From: Gemmatimonadales bacterium
GTDB taxonomy: Bacteria; Gemmatimonadota; Gemmatimonadetes; Gemmatimonadales; JACORV01
NCBI GenBank assembly: GCA_017881505.1
Contig: JADGQW010000001.1
Span: 1 to 48,435, forward strand
DNA length: 48,435 nt
Reading direction: 5' to 3'
Shown here one piece after another: positions 26,298-36,097 of this stretch. Made by a program: the position numbers and the translations under genes. How positions within the stretch are numbered: position 1 is the first letter of the stretch; every line of letters begins with the position of its first letter. The notes under the pieces were generated by a model that saw only the letters and a program-made list of their open reading frames with translations, did no database searches and was not told the DNA's origin.

Positions 26298-27379
26298 CCT
26301 TCGGCTTCCGGATCCTCGACCGCTACCTGCTCCGCGAGTTCCTCAAGATCTTCGGGATCACGGTGCTGGGGTTCCCGCTCCTCACCATCGCGATCGACCT
26401 GACCGACCACATCGAGCGCTACCTCAACAAGAACATCCCGGGGAAGGACATCTTCCTCGCGTACGTCTTCAGCGTCCCGCAGCAGATCTTCTTCATCATC
26501 CCCGCCGCGGTGCTGTTCGCGACCGTCTTCTCCGTGGGGGCGCTGGCGCGCCACTCCGAGCTCACGGCGGCGAAGGCGTCGGGCGTGTCGTTCCACCGCC
26601 TCGTGGCGCCGATCTTCCTCGTGGCCGCGGCGATCACCGTGGCGACCTTCTTCCTGGGCGAGTTCGCCCCCCTCGCCAACGCGAAGCGCGCCGAGCGGCT
26701 CCGGGAGCGGGAGACGCGGACGGAGACGAGCCGCTACAACTTCGCCTATCGCGCCGACGGCGGCCGCGTCTACGTGATCGGATCCCTCTCCTCGCCCGAG
26801 CGGCTGATGAAGGACATCCAGATCGAGCGGGAGGGGACGGGCCCCACCTTCCCCGGCTACTTCCTCATCGCGAGCGGCGGGCGCTGGGACCCGAAGGGGG
26901 GCTGGACGCTGGGCGGGGGGATGCTGCGGCTCCTCCCGGGCCCCGGCCAGGAGATCGCCTTCGGCTTCGACTCGCTGCGCCAGCGGGCCCTCGCGGAGAG
27001 CCCCCTCGACCTCCTCGCGGAGCCGAAGGAGCCCAACGAGATGCGCTACGCCGAGCTGGGGCACTACGTGCAGACCCTCGAGCGCTCCGGGTCCGACGCC
27101 GCCAAGCTCAAGGTCGAGCGCGCCCTCAAGCTGGCGATCCCCGTAACGTGCCTCATCATCGTGCTCTTCGGCGCGCCTCTCGGGGTCGCCAACGCGCGGG
27201 CCGGCACCACCTACGGCGTCGCGGTCAGCCTCGCCACCACCATCGTCTTCCTCACGATGATCCAGATCACCAAGGCCGTCGGCACCGGGGGCGCCATCCC
27301 ACCCCTCGTGGCGGCGTGGACGCCGAACGTGCTCTTCACGCTGGGAGGCCTGGTGCTCTTCGCGCGCGCCCGCACCTAG
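26294..27379 (+). CDS. lptG: LptF/LptG-family LPS export permease
   Basis: 361 aa. ATG overlaps the lptF stop (ATGA). Motifs ILDRYLLREFLKIF, SELTAAKASGVS and KLAIPVTCLIIVLFGAPLG. Confidence 0.85.
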   Translation: MTFGFRILDRYLLREFLKIFGITVLGFPLLTIAIDLTDHIERYLNKNIPGKDIFLAYVFSVPQQIFFIIPAAVLFATVFSVGALARHSELTAAKASGVSFHRLVAPIFLVAAAITVATFFLGEFAPLANAKRAERLRERETRTETSRYNFAYRADGGRVYVIGSLSSPERLMKDIQIEREGTGPTFPGYFLIASGGRWDPKGGWTLGGGMLRLLPGPGQEIAFGFDSLRQRALAESPLDLLAEPKEPNEMRYAELGHYVQTLERSGSDAAKLKVERALKLAIPVTCLIIVLFGAPLGVANARAGTTYGVAVSLATTIVFLTMIQITKAVGTGGAIPPLVAAWTPNVLFTLGGLVLFARART

Positions 27380-27424
27380 GCGCGCCGCGCACCGCCCCCG
27401 CGCGCGCGGGGGGGGCCGGGACGT

Positions 27425-27456
27425 CGAACGGGGAGGCCTCGCGGCCTCCCCGTTCG
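27425..27456. terminator. Bidirectional GC hairpin between convergent lptG and the TonB receptor gene
   Basis: CGAACGGGGAGGCC-TCGC-GGCCTCCCCGTTCG, a perfect 14-bp stem with a 4-nt loop. No U-tract. Confidence 0.6.
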
Positions 27457-27480
27457 CGTACCGCCCTGCCGGGTCCCCGG

Positions 27481-30400
27481 CTAGATCGTGTACCGGGCCC
27501 CGAACTGCATCTGCCACCGCGAGGCGTTGATGTTCACCGCGCGGTACGTCGGCAGTGACAGCGCGTACTTCCCGCGGCCGCTGGCGGCATCGTAGCCCGT
27601 CAGGCGGAGCAGGTTGGCGTTCTCGAACCCGGAGGTCGAGTTCACCGTGCCCCAGTTGTTGTCGAGCATCTGCCCGAGGAGGCGCGGGACGTTGAAGACG
27701 TCGAGCGAGATCTCGAGCGACTGCCCGTTCATCGTCGAGATCGTCTTCGAGACGCGGGCGTCGAGGAACGTCTGCCACGGGTTCCGGCAGCTGTTCCGCG
27801 ACATGATCCGGCCGCGCTGCGCGTTGAGGCAGGGGTCGGAGTTGATGTACGCGTTCAGCTTGTTCCAGTCCGACGGGGTCGCGAGGATGATGTCGGAGCT
27901 GTACGTCGGCACGTACACCAGGTCGTTCGCCGTGATGCCGTCGGCGTTCGCGTCGTTCGAGACCACGTAGCCGTACGGCGTGCCCGACTGGACCGTCAGC
28001 CGGAGGCCGGCGCTGATCTTGAAGGGCAGGTTGAAGGAGCCGTTCGCCACGAAGCGGTGCGGCCGGTCGAAGGCCGAGCGCCGCAGGTAGCGGTTGTTGA
28101 GCGAGCCGTCGAGCGTCGTGAACTGGTAGTTCGACAGCGCGACGCTCGAGCCCAGGGTGATGTAGTCCATCGCGCGGGAGTAGGTGTAGCCGAGGCTGAA
28201 CTCCATCGCGTTGCTGAACCGCTTCTGCAGCTGCAGGGTCCCGGACCAGGCCCGGTCCCCGCTCCGGTTCGAGTGCTCCAGCACCGTCGCGAACGCCGTG
28301 CTGACCTTCGACACGGCCACGCTGCCGGTGCCCGAGATCGTTCCGTACATGATGCGGTTGCCCTCGCCCACGCTCAGCGACTGCGGGCCCCGCAGGTTCG
28401 TGTCGGTGATGTAGTAGTTGTTGATGTACCGGGTGAACAGGAAGTCCACCGTCCCGACGACGCCCCAGGGCAGCGTGTGGTCCGCGCCCAGCGCGAAGCG
28501 CAGCGTCTGCGGGAACTTGAAGTTCGGGTCGTAATACACGACGGCGGCCGTCGGCGGCGTGAGCGACGCGCTCCCCGTGCCGCGGCTGCAGGCTGCCGGC
28601 ATGTTGTTCACGTCGGTGACGAAGTTCGGCACCGTGTCGAGGGTGCTGGCGCCGAGGTTGCCGTCGCAGGTCAGCGTCGCCTGCTCGAGGCCGGTGTTGC
28701 CGTAGGCGTTCGAGACCCACACGTACGCCGGGCGGCCCGTGAAGACGCCCACGCCGCCGCGCAGCACCGTGCTGCCGTCGCCGGTGATGTCGAGGTTGAA
28801 GCCGAGGCGCGGCGACCAGAGGCCGGCCATGGACAGCTTGCTGGTGTTGATGCCACCGGGGGCGTTCGCGGAATCGAACGCCGCCGCCGTGCCGCCGTGC
28901 GCCACGAAGAAGAGCGAGTCGAGCCGCACGTTGTGCGACGGGCTCGAGGGCAGCGTCGGCTTGTCGTACCGCAGGCCGGCCGTCACCGTCAGGCGTGGGG
29001 TGGGCGTCCAGCGGTCCTGGATGTAGGCGCCGAGCTGGTTCACCTTGAACTTCGCCTCGCCGCCGTTGGGCCGGAGGAGGAGCGCGATCTGGTACTGGTA
29101 GGGCGAACCGGCCGCCAGCGAGTCCGCGTTCGCGAACCAGTACGTGCCATACGCGTTCTGCAGGAACAGGTTGTCGAAGTTGAAGAACTCGTTGTGCGTC
29201 CCCACGGTGATCAGGTGCTGCCCCAGCGGGAACGTCACGTTGTCCGTGACCTCGAGGATCTTCTGCTCGAGGAAGTTCGCCATCGAGGAGCGCTCGGCGC
29301 CCGCCGCGAGGATCGTCGTGCAGCTCGCGGGGTTCGCCAGGCCGGCGCACCGGTCCCCGTTCACGACCACTCGGGGGATGTTGTTGGGCAGGACCCGGTT
29401 GTCGCTCACCGTCGTGTAACCGACGATCAGCTCGTTGGTGAACCGGCTCAGGAAGGTCGAGGTGAGGTTCAGCCGCGTGCTGGCCGTCTTGCTGAGGAAC
29501 TGGTAGCCGCTGTTCGAGAGCTGGTAGCCGTTGTTCGCCGTGCCGGGCGCGTGCGAGAGGTTGTCCGTCGACGCGACGACCGAGTTGTGCGAGACGTCGA
29601 AGTGCGTCGAGCCGCCCAGCTCACCCGACAGCTTCACCAGGATGTTGGAGTCGGGGTTCTTCTGCGTCGGGCTCTCGGGGCCGCCGGCGCGGAAGCCGTA
29701 GGTGTTCGTCATGATGCTGTCGACGCGCTGCGCCGTGTTCCAGCGGATCCCGACGCCCACCGAGTCGGCGCCGCCCGTGGTGTCCGGCGTGATCACGCCC
29801 AGCGAGGAGAAGGGCGACGACTGCCGCGAGAGGTCCACGACGGTGAAGAAGTGGAGCTTGTCGCGGATGATCGGGCCGCCGAAGCTGAAGCCGTACTGGG
29901 CCTTCTGGGTCGTCGTGGGCTTGAAGAGGAGGCCCGTCGAGTCGGTCCAGTTGCCGATCCAGTGCTGGTCGGTGTAGTACCCGAACACCGTGCCCCCGAA
30001 CCGGTTCGTCCCGGAGCGCGTCACCACGTTCACGATGCCGCCCGTGAAGCCGCCCTGCCGCACGTCGAACGGCGCCATCAGGACCTGGAACTCCTTCACC
30101 GCCTCGACGGAGATCGGCCGCGCGTTCGCCTGCCCGCCCGGCGTGCCGCTCGAGGCCAGACCGAACAGGTCGTTGTTCACCGCGCCGTCGATCTGGATGT
30201 TGTTGAACCGGTTGTTCAGGCCGCCCACCGACGTGCCCACCACCTGCGGCACGTTCGAGATGAAGTCGGTGAAGTTCCGGCCCAGCGTCGGGAGGTTGAG
30301 GATCGCGCTGTCCGACACCGACGAGCTCGCGCCCGTCCGCGCCGCCGAGACCAGCGGGTTCTCCTCGTTCACCGTCACGTCGAGGGCGCCGAGCTCCACC

Positions 30401-30762
30401 GCCGCCTGCGGCAGCCGCAGGTCGACTTCCGCCATCTGGCCGAGGGTGAGGCGCATCGCCTCCGTCCGCGTCTGCCGATAGCCGATCGCCCGCGCCTCGA
30501 AGGTGTACCGGCCGACCGCAATATTCTCGATGTTCCACGCGCCACCGGCACGGGTGCGGCCCTGGTAGCGCTGGCCCGTCGTGACGCTGATCGCGGTCAC
30601 CACCGCGCCCTCGATCGGGTTGCCGCTGTCGTCCAGGACGCGACCGCGCGCCGATGCGCTCGTCACGCCTTGCGCGAAGGCCGCCGGCACCGCTGCACAC
30701 GCCAACACGGCGAGCACGGCGACGACGCGGATCCACGCGCTTCGCACTGAGTCACTTCGCAT
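27481..30762 (-). CDS. TonB-dependent receptor with N-terminal carboxypeptidase-regulatory-like domain (Oar-like)
   Basis: 1093 aa from ATG 30762 (GGAG upstream). Signal peptide ...AAVPAAFA|QG. CarboxypepD_reg-like RGRVLDDSGNPIEGAVVTAISVTTGQ. Plug-like segment NLPTLGRNFTDF...VQIDGAVNND and a long beta-barrel. Confidence 0.85.
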   Translation of the reverse strand: MRSDSVRSAWIRVVAVLAVLACAAVPAAFAQGVTSASARGRVLDDSGNPIEGAVVTAISVTTGQRYQGRTRAGGAWNIENIAVGRYTFEARAIGYRQTRTEAMRLTLGQMAEVDLRLPQAAVELGALDVTVNEENPLVSAARTGASSSVSDSAILNLPTLGRNFTDFISNVPQVVGTSVGGLNNRFNNIQIDGAVNNDLFGLASSGTPGGQANARPISVEAVKEFQVLMAPFDVRQGGFTGGIVNVVTRSGTNRFGGTVFGYYTDQHWIGNWTDSTGLLFKPTTTQKAQYGFSFGGPIIRDKLHFFTVVDLSRQSSPFSSLGVITPDTTGGADSVGVGIRWNTAQRVDSIMTNTYGFRAGGPESPTQKNPDSNILVKLSGELGGSTHFDVSHNSVVASTDNLSHAPGTANNGYQLSNSGYQFLSKTASTRLNLTSTFLSRFTNELIVGYTTVSDNRVLPNNIPRVVVNGDRCAGLANPASCTTILAAGAERSSMANFLEQKILEVTDNVTFPLGQHLITVGTHNEFFNFDNLFLQNAYGTYWFANADSLAAGSPYQYQIALLLRPNGGEAKFKVNQLGAYIQDRWTPTPRLTVTAGLRYDKPTLPSSPSHNVRLDSLFFVAHGGTAAAFDSANAPGGINTSKLSMAGLWSPRLGFNLDITGDGSTVLRGGVGVFTGRPAYVWVSNAYGNTGLEQATLTCDGNLGASTLDTVPNFVTDVNNMPAACSRGTGSASLTPPTAAVVYYDPNFKFPQTLRFALGADHTLPWGVVGTVDFLFTRYINNYYITDTNLRGPQSLSVGEGNRIMYGTISGTGSVAVSKVSTAFATVLEHSNRSGDRAWSGTLQLQKRFSNAMEFSLGYTYSRAMDYITLGSSVALSNYQFTTLDGSLNNRYLRRSAFDRPHRFVANGSFNLPFKISAGLRLTVQSGTPYGYVVSNDANADGITANDLVYVPTYSSDIILATPSDWNKLNAYINSDPCLNAQRGRIMSRNSCRNPWQTFLDARVSKTISTMNGQSLEISLDVFNVPRLLGQMLDNNWGTVNSTSGFENANLLRLTGYDAASGRGKYALSLPTYRAVNINASRWQMQFGARYTI

Positions 30763-30939
30763 AGACCGACTCCTGCGCTTTGCGGGTACGGATATAGTGC
30801 GTTCCGGTCCAGCGGCGACACGACGCCGGTCCGGCCGCGGGGGGATTTGCCGCCCGGAAATATACGATTCGCGCGGGCCCAAGGCGACGCCGCGAGGATG
30901 GGGGATTCAACGCATGCTCGACATCGGCGTCACGATCCG

Positions 30940-30955
30940 TGCAAGCCGGATGCCG
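30940..30955 (-). promoter_or_regulatory. Candidate sigma-54 promoter upstream of the TonB-dependent receptor
   Basis: Minus strand reads CGGCATCCGGCTTGCA with correct GG-N10-GC spacing and a TTGCA -12 element, but three mismatches in the -24 element. About 180 nt upstream of the ATG. Confidence 0.3.
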
Positions 30956-31065
30956 TGGCCGCCCCGCAGGGGAAACCCTGGAGAAATGTGACAGAATGAG
31001 TCGGATATCCGCGACGACGCTGGGACGTCCTGGCGCGCGGCCGGGCCTCACGAGAGCCGGGCGCG

Positions 31066-32445
31066 CTACGCCTCGGTTGTGCCCCGGGTCGAGCGCCGCC
31101 AGACCCAGTAGACGGGGATCCCCGCCACGATGACGCCGAAGGGGATCCACGAATTGCGGTCGCTCACCAGCGCGTTGATAAGCAGGAACGCCGCGGCGGC
31201 GAGGAAGAGGATCGGGACCACCGGGTAGCCCCACGTCCGCACGGGCCGGCGCGCGTCGGGGCGCGTGCGCCGCAGCACGAAGACGGCCGCGGCGGCCAGG
31301 GCGTAGAAGGGCCAGATCCCCAGCACGAAGGCGTCGGCCAGCTGCTCGAAGGTGCGCAGGAGCACGAACCCGACCCCCAGCGCGCCGGTCAGGAGGATCG
31401 CCGTCGCGGGCGTCTTGTAGCGGGGGTGCGGGCGCGCCACCGCCTTGAAGAAGAGTCCTTCTTCCGCCATCGCGTAGATGATGCGGGGGCCGGTGAGCAT
31501 CGAGCCCGCCAGCGTCCCGAAGGTCGAGATGATCACCACCACGGCCACCAGTCCCACGCCCAACCGCCCCAGGATCGCCTGCGCGGCGTCCGCCGCCACG
31601 AGGGGCGAGGTCGCCATCTGCCCGATGGGGATGAGGTACAGGTACGCCGCATTGGCCGCGAGATAGATGACGACGACGCCGAGGGTCCCCAGCAACAGGG
31701 CGCGCGGCAGGTTGCGCTCCGGGTCCTTCACCTCCCCGCTGACGTAGGAGAGATCGCCCCACCCGTCGTACGCCCACAGCACCGAGACGAGCGCCAGGCC
31801 GTAGAGGCCCACGTGCACCGTGCCCCCCGGCGCCACGAAGTGGCGGAAGTCCCCGTGCCCGGCGACGAACGCCGCCACCACGAGGAGCGCCAGCGCCCCG
31901 TAGCGGGACACGGTGGTGATGTTGACGATCATCGCGCTCCAGTTCACGCCGCGGTACGCCACGACCGTGTTGAAGGCGATCGCCGCGGCCGCGATGTAAT
32001 GCACCGCATCCGCGTTCCCCGGGAGCTCGGGGTTCACGCCGAAAGACCGCAGCAGATACTCGGCGCACACCGTGGCGATCGCGCCGAGGGAGGAGGCCCG
32101 GATGATGACCAGGTTGGTCCACCCGAAGAGGAAGGCCGGCAGCCGGCCGAATCCCTCACGGAGGAAGACCAGCACGCCGCCGCTCCGCGGATACATCGCG
32201 GCCAGCTCCGCGTAGGTCAGCGCCCCGCACAGCACGAGCGCGCCCCCCAGCACCCAGATCCCCATCATCGCGAGCGGCTCCGGCACCCGCTGCGCGATCA
32301 CCGCCGGGGTCCGGTAGATGCCGCTCCCGATCGTCGAGCCGATCACGACGGCGATGGCCGAGAGGAGGCCGAGGCGGCGCGGCAGGCGCTCGCCCCACTG
32401 GTCGGCCTGGGGACGGGAGGGCTCCGGGGCGGTCGTGGGAGGCAT
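31066..32445 (-). CDS. APC-family amino acid permease
   Basis: 459 aa with about 12 TM segments. Motifs LLSAIAVVIGSTIGSGIY and TYAELAAMYPRSGG are typical of APC transporters. Confidence 0.85.
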   Translation of the reverse strand: MPPTTAPEPSRPQADQWGERLPRRLGLLSAIAVVIGSTIGSGIYRTPAVIAQRVPEPLAMMGIWVLGGALVLCGALTYAELAAMYPRSGGVLVFLREGFGRLPAFLFGWTNLVIIRASSLGAIATVCAEYLLRSFGVNPELPGNADAVHYIAAAAIAFNTVVAYRGVNWSAMIVNITTVSRYGALALLVVAAFVAGHGDFRHFVAPGGTVHVGLYGLALVSVLWAYDGWGDLSYVSGEVKDPERNLPRALLLGTLGVVVIYLAANAAYLYLIPIGQMATSPLVAADAAQAILGRLGVGLVAVVVIISTFGTLAGSMLTGPRIIYAMAEEGLFFKAVARPHPRYKTPATAILLTGALGVGFVLLRTFEQLADAFVLGIWPFYALAAAAVFVLRRTRPDARRPVRTWGYPVVPILFLAAAAFLLINALVSDRNSWIPFGVIVAGIPVYWVWRRSTRGTTEA

Positions 32446-32548
32446 CCGCCAAAATATGTCCGGCCCCGAGACTCCACCACACGCCGTCGCGTCCCTGTCC
32501 CGGCGAGCTGGCGTCCCCTTCCCTCAAGGGCGAGGTCGGAGACCCCCC

Positions 32549-32576
32549 TTCAAATGAGAACCGTTCTCATTAGATT
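32549..32576 (+). promoter_or_regulatory. Candidate sigma-70 promoter of the oxidase operon
   Basis: TTCAAA-N16-TAGATT in an AT-richer island about 85 nt upstream of the coxII ATG, which has a GGAGG RBS. Confidence 0.4.
32553..32571. promoter_or_regulatory. 19-bp perfect palindrome (candidate repressor operator) between the -35 and -10 of the oxidase promoter
   Basis: AATGAGAAC-C-GTTCTCATT. Confidence 0.5.
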
Positions 32577-32590
32577 CCCGCCTCGCTACA

Positions 32591-32600
32591 TCTCATGAGA
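32591..32600. promoter_or_regulatory. Second palindrome sharing the same half-site
   Basis: TCTCATGAGA, which is the TCTCAT/ATGAGA half-site with zero spacing, 20 nt downstream of the 19-bp palindrome. Confidence 0.4.
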
Positions 32601-32661
32601 CCCGGCCTCTCCCGGGTGCACCCCTGGTCCCGCACAACCGAGCGCGGCACGGAGGATCGGT

Positions 32662-33396
32662 ATGCACTGGTGGATCCCCACCAACGCGTCGAGCTACGGC
32701 GGCGACGTGGACCGCATCTTCTACATCATCCTGTACATCACCGGGTTCGTCTTCCTGGTGGTGGAGGGCGGGCTGCTCGTCTTCCTGGTCCGGTACCGCC
32801 GGCGGGAGGGGCGGACGGCCGCGTACATCCACGGGAACAACACGGCCGAGATCATCTGGACGACGATCCCGGCGGTGATCGTGGTGATGCTGGCCCTGCT
32901 CAGCCAGAAGGTGTGGTCGACGGTGAAGGACCCGGCGCACTTCCCCGCCGACGCCATCCCGATCGGCGTGCACGTGAAGCAGTTCGAGTGGCAGTTCACG
33001 ATGCCGGGGCCCGACGGGAAGCTCGGCACGGACGACGACATCTTCCGCAAGAACGAGCTGCATCTGGTGGTCGGCAGGAACTACGCCGTGCAGCTCACCT
33101 CTCAGGACGTGATCCACAGCTTCTTCATCCCCGCCTTCCGGCTCAAGCAGGACGTGGTGCCGGGGATGACGATCGTGGCGTGGTTCCGCCCCATCCTCAC
33201 CGGCGCGTTCGACCTCGCGTGCGCCCAGCTCTGTGGGGTCGGGCACTACCGGATGCAGGCCACGGTCTACGTGCACTCGGCCGAGGACTTCGCCCGCTGG
33301 CAGACGGCACAGGGCGCGCCCGCGACCGCCGCGCCCGTCGCGACGGACACCACGATGGGGAGCATGGCCATGCCGCACTCGGGAGGCACGCGATGA
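32662..33396 (+). CDS. ctaC: Heme-copper oxidase subunit II (CuA domain, no fused cytochrome c)
   Basis: 244 aa with two N-terminal TM segments. CuA ligand pattern H-x34-CAQLCGVGHYRM. Confidence 0.9.
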   Translation: MHWWIPTNASSYGGDVDRIFYIILYITGFVFLVVEGGLLVFLVRYRRREGRTAAYIHGNNTAEIIWTTIPAVIVVMLALLSQKVWSTVKDPAHFPADAIPIGVHVKQFEWQFTMPGPDGKLGTDDDIFRKNELHLVVGRNYAVQLTSQDVIHSFFIPAFRLKQDVVPGMTIVAWFRPILTGAFDLACAQLCGVGHYRMQATVYVHSAEDFARWQTAQGAPATAAPVATDTTMGSMAMPHSGGTR

Positions 33397-35141
33397 CCGC
33401 GGCCGCCGCTCCGCACGACGCCGGGCTCCACGCCGGCCACGACGACCGCCCCTGGCTGCGGCGGTACGTCTTCTCGACCGACCACAAGACGATCGGGATC
33501 CAGTTCCTCTTCCTCAGCCTGACCTTCCTGCTGCTCGGCGGGCTGATGGCGATGGTGATCCGCTGGCAGCTCGGCTTCCCGGGGACCCCGGTGCCCGGCG
33601 GCAGCATCCTGCCCGACGCGATGGCGCCGGGGGGCGTGATCCGCCCGAGCTTCTACAACGCCCTGGTCACGATGCACGGGACGTTCATGATCTTCTTCGC
33701 GGTGATGCCCCTCCTCACGGGCGTCTTCGCGAACTACCTGATCCCGCTCAAGATCGGCGCGCCGGACATGGCGTTCCCGCGCCTGAACATGTGGTCGTTC
33801 TGGCTGATGATCCCCGCGGGGACGCTGGCCCTGGCGGGCTTCTTCGTGGAGGGGGGCTCCGCCGCCTCGGGGTGGACCGCGTACGCCCCGCTCTCGAACT
33901 CGCCCCTCTACACGGGCGTCTCGGCGGGCCAGATCCTCTGGTGCGTGGCGATCATCATCTTCGGCGCCTCCTCGCTGCTGGGGTCCGTCAACTACATCGC
34001 GACGGTGGTGAACCTCCGCGCGCCGGGGATGACGTGGATGCGCTTGCCGCTCTCGGTGTGGGCGCTGTTCATCACGGCGATCCTCGCGCTCCTCGCGGTG
34101 CCGATCCTCGCGGGCGCGATCATCATGCTGCTGTTCGACCAGGTGCTGGGGACGCACTTCTACCTCCCCACGGGGGGCGGGCAGCCGCTCCTCTGGCAGC
34201 ACCTCTTCTGGTTCTTCGGCCATCCCGAGGTGTACATCCTCATCCTCCCGGCGATGGGGATCGTCTCCGACGTCATCGCCAACGGCTCGCGCAAGCCGAT
34301 CTTCGGCTACACCTCGATGGTGTTCGCGATCGGGGGCATCGCCGGCCTGGGGTTCATGGTGTGGGGCCACCACATGTTCGTGAGCGGGATGAACCCGACG
34401 CTCGGCACGAGCTTCATGGCCTCGACGATGCTCATCGCGGTGCCGACCTCCATCAAGGTGTTCAACTGGCTCGGCACGATGTGGCGGGGGAACATCCACT
34501 TCCACGTCCCGATGCTGAACGCCATCGGGTTCCTCTCGATGTTCGTGATCGGCGGCCTGAGCGGGATCTTCATGGCCGCGACCCCGGTGGACATGTACAT
34601 CCACGACACCTACTTCATCGTGGCGCACATCCACTACGTGCTGTTCGGGGGGAGCCTCTTCGCGGCGTTCGCGGGGATCTACTACTGGTTCCCGAAGATG
34701 TTCGGCCGCGAGATGCACGACGGGCTCGGCCGCTGGCACTTCGGCCTCACCTTCGTCTTCTACAACCTGACCTTCTTCCCGATGCACCTCCTCGGCCTCG
34801 GGGGGCACATGCGGCGGCTCTACGACCCGACGCAGTACCCCTTCCTGGCGCCGATGCAGCCGATCAACGTCTTCGTCTCGGTGAGCGCGTTCCTGCTGAT
34901 GGCGGCCCAGCTGCCGTTCGTCTGGAACTTCTTCTGGAGCCTCTTCCGCGGGCCGAAGGCGCCGCTCAACCCGTGGCGGGACAACAGCCTCGAGTGGACG
35001 GTCCCCTCGCCGCCGCCGCACGGGAACTTCGTGGAGACGCCGACGGTGTACCGCGGTCCCTACGAGTACAGCGTCCCCGGCGAGCCGGAGGACTTCCTGC
35101 CGCAGGACCGTCCGGCGCCCGCGCGCCAGGAGGCGCACTGA
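33393..35141 (+). CDS. ctaD: Heme-copper oxidase subunit I
   Basis: 582 aa. ATGA overlap with the subunit II stop. Motifs STDHKTIGIQFLF, WFFGHPEVYILILP and HHMFVSG. Confidence 0.95.
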   Translation: MTAAAAPHDAGLHAGHDDRPWLRRYVFSTDHKTIGIQFLFLSLTFLLLGGLMAMVIRWQLGFPGTPVPGGSILPDAMAPGGVIRPSFYNALVTMHGTFMIFFAVMPLLTGVFANYLIPLKIGAPDMAFPRLNMWSFWLMIPAGTLALAGFFVEGGSAASGWTAYAPLSNSPLYTGVSAGQILWCVAIIIFGASSLLGSVNYIATVVNLRAPGMTWMRLPLSVWALFITAILALLAVPILAGAIIMLLFDQVLGTHFYLPTGGGQPLLWQHLFWFFGHPEVYILILPAMGIVSDVIANGSRKPIFGYTSMVFAIGGIAGLGFMVWGHHMFVSGMNPTLGTSFMASTMLIAVPTSIKVFNWLGTMWRGNIHFHVPMLNAIGFLSMFVIGGLSGIFMAATPVDMYIHDTYFIVAHIHYVLFGGSLFAAFAGIYYWFPKMFGREMHDGLGRWHFGLTFVFYNLTFFPMHLLGLGGHMRRLYDPTQYPFLAPMQPINVFVSVSAFLLMAAQLPFVWNFFWSLFRGPKAPLNPWRDNSLEWTVPSPPPHGNFVETPTVYRGPYEYSVPGEPEDFLPQDRPAPARQEAH

Positions 35142-35803
35142 TGGCGCCCGCCGTTCAGCCGGCCGCTCCCCCCGCCGAGGAGGGGATCGGCGTCTACACC
35201 CAGAAGCTGGGGATGTGGGTCTTCCTCGCCTCCGAGGTGATGTTCTTCACGGCGCTGATCGGCACGTACATCATCCTGCGCTGGGGGAGTGCCGAGTCGT
35301 GGCCGGTGCCCCAGGACATCCTGAACATCCCGCTCACGGCCTTCAACACCTTCGTCCTGATCTGCTCCAGCGTGTCGATGGTGAAGGCGTACGCGGCCGC
35401 CACGCACGACGACCAGAAGGGCCTGCGCCTCTGGCTCGTCCTCACCGTGCTGGCGGGCGCGACCTTCGTCGGCGTGCAGGTCCTCGAGTACCGCCACCTC
35501 ATCCACGAGGGGCTGCTGCCGAGCGGCATCCGCGACGGCAGCCCGCTCGCCGCGCGCCTGGTGGACTCCGGGAAGCTGACGGCGACGGCGGCGGGCCTCT
35601 TCGGCTCCGCCTTCTTCACGATGACGGGGTTCCACGGCTTCCACGTGACCTGCGGCGTCATCTGCATGACCTTCGTGACGATCAAGGCGTTCCGCGGCGG
35701 GTACAGCGGGGGCCGGTTCCACGGCGTGGAGGTGATCGGCCTCTACTGGCACTTCGTGGACCTGGTCTGGATCATCCTCTTCACGATCGTGTACCTGATC
35801 TGA
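35141..35803 (+). CDS. ctaE: Cytochrome c oxidase subunit III
   Basis: 220 aa. TGATG overlap with the subunit I stop. Motifs MWVFLASEVMFF, GFHGFHV and YWHFVDLVWI. Confidence 0.9.
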   Translation: MAPAVQPAAPPAEEGIGVYTQKLGMWVFLASEVMFFTALIGTYIILRWGSAESWPVPQDILNIPLTAFNTFVLICSSVSMVKAYAAATHDDQKGLRLWLVLTVLAGATFVGVQVLEYRHLIHEGLLPSGIRDGSPLAARLVDSGKLTATAAGLFGSAFFTMTGFHGFHVTCGVICMTFVTIKAFRGGYSGGRFHGVEVIGLYWHFVDLVWIILFTIVYLI

Positions 35804-35818
35804 CGGCGGAGGCCCGTG

Positions 35819-36097
35819 ATGGACGCTGCTGACCACAAGCACCCGAACTACGTCGCCGTCTGGGGCGGCCTCTTCGTCCTGACGGTGATCGAGGTGGCCG
35901 CCGTCTACATGCGGATCCCCCGCCACCTCCTGGTCCTCGCCCTGCTGCTCCTGGCGGCGTGGAAGGCGCTCCTGGTGGCGCTCTACTTCATGCACCTCCG
36001 GTTCGAGCCGAAGCGCCTCGCGCTGGTGGCGCTGGCGCCGCTCCCCCTCGGGATCATTCTCGTCGTGGCCGTGCTCCAGGAGTTCGCCAAGCGATGA
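35819..36097 (+). CDS. ctaF: Prokaryotic cytochrome c oxidase subunit IV family protein
   Basis: 92 aa from ATG 35819 (GGAGG 6 nt upstream). Three TM segments and the LVALYFMHL motif. Confidence 0.8.
   Translation: MDAADHKHPNYVAVWGGLFVLTVIEVAAVYMRIPRHLLVLALLLLAAWKALLVALYFMHLRFEPKRLALVALAPLPLGIILVVAVLQEFAKR

Noticed and set aside
30763-31065. Possible riboswitch (for example cobalamin) in the long leader of the TonB-dependent receptor.
   Set aside because: No B12-box-like core or other riboswitch signature could be recognised by eye. It would need an Rfam/Infernal scan, so it is not claimed.
32443-32460. CATATT box 7 nt upstream of the APC permease ATG, suggesting a leaderless mRNA.
   Set aside because: A single weak hexamer, no -35, and the start codon itself is not verified.
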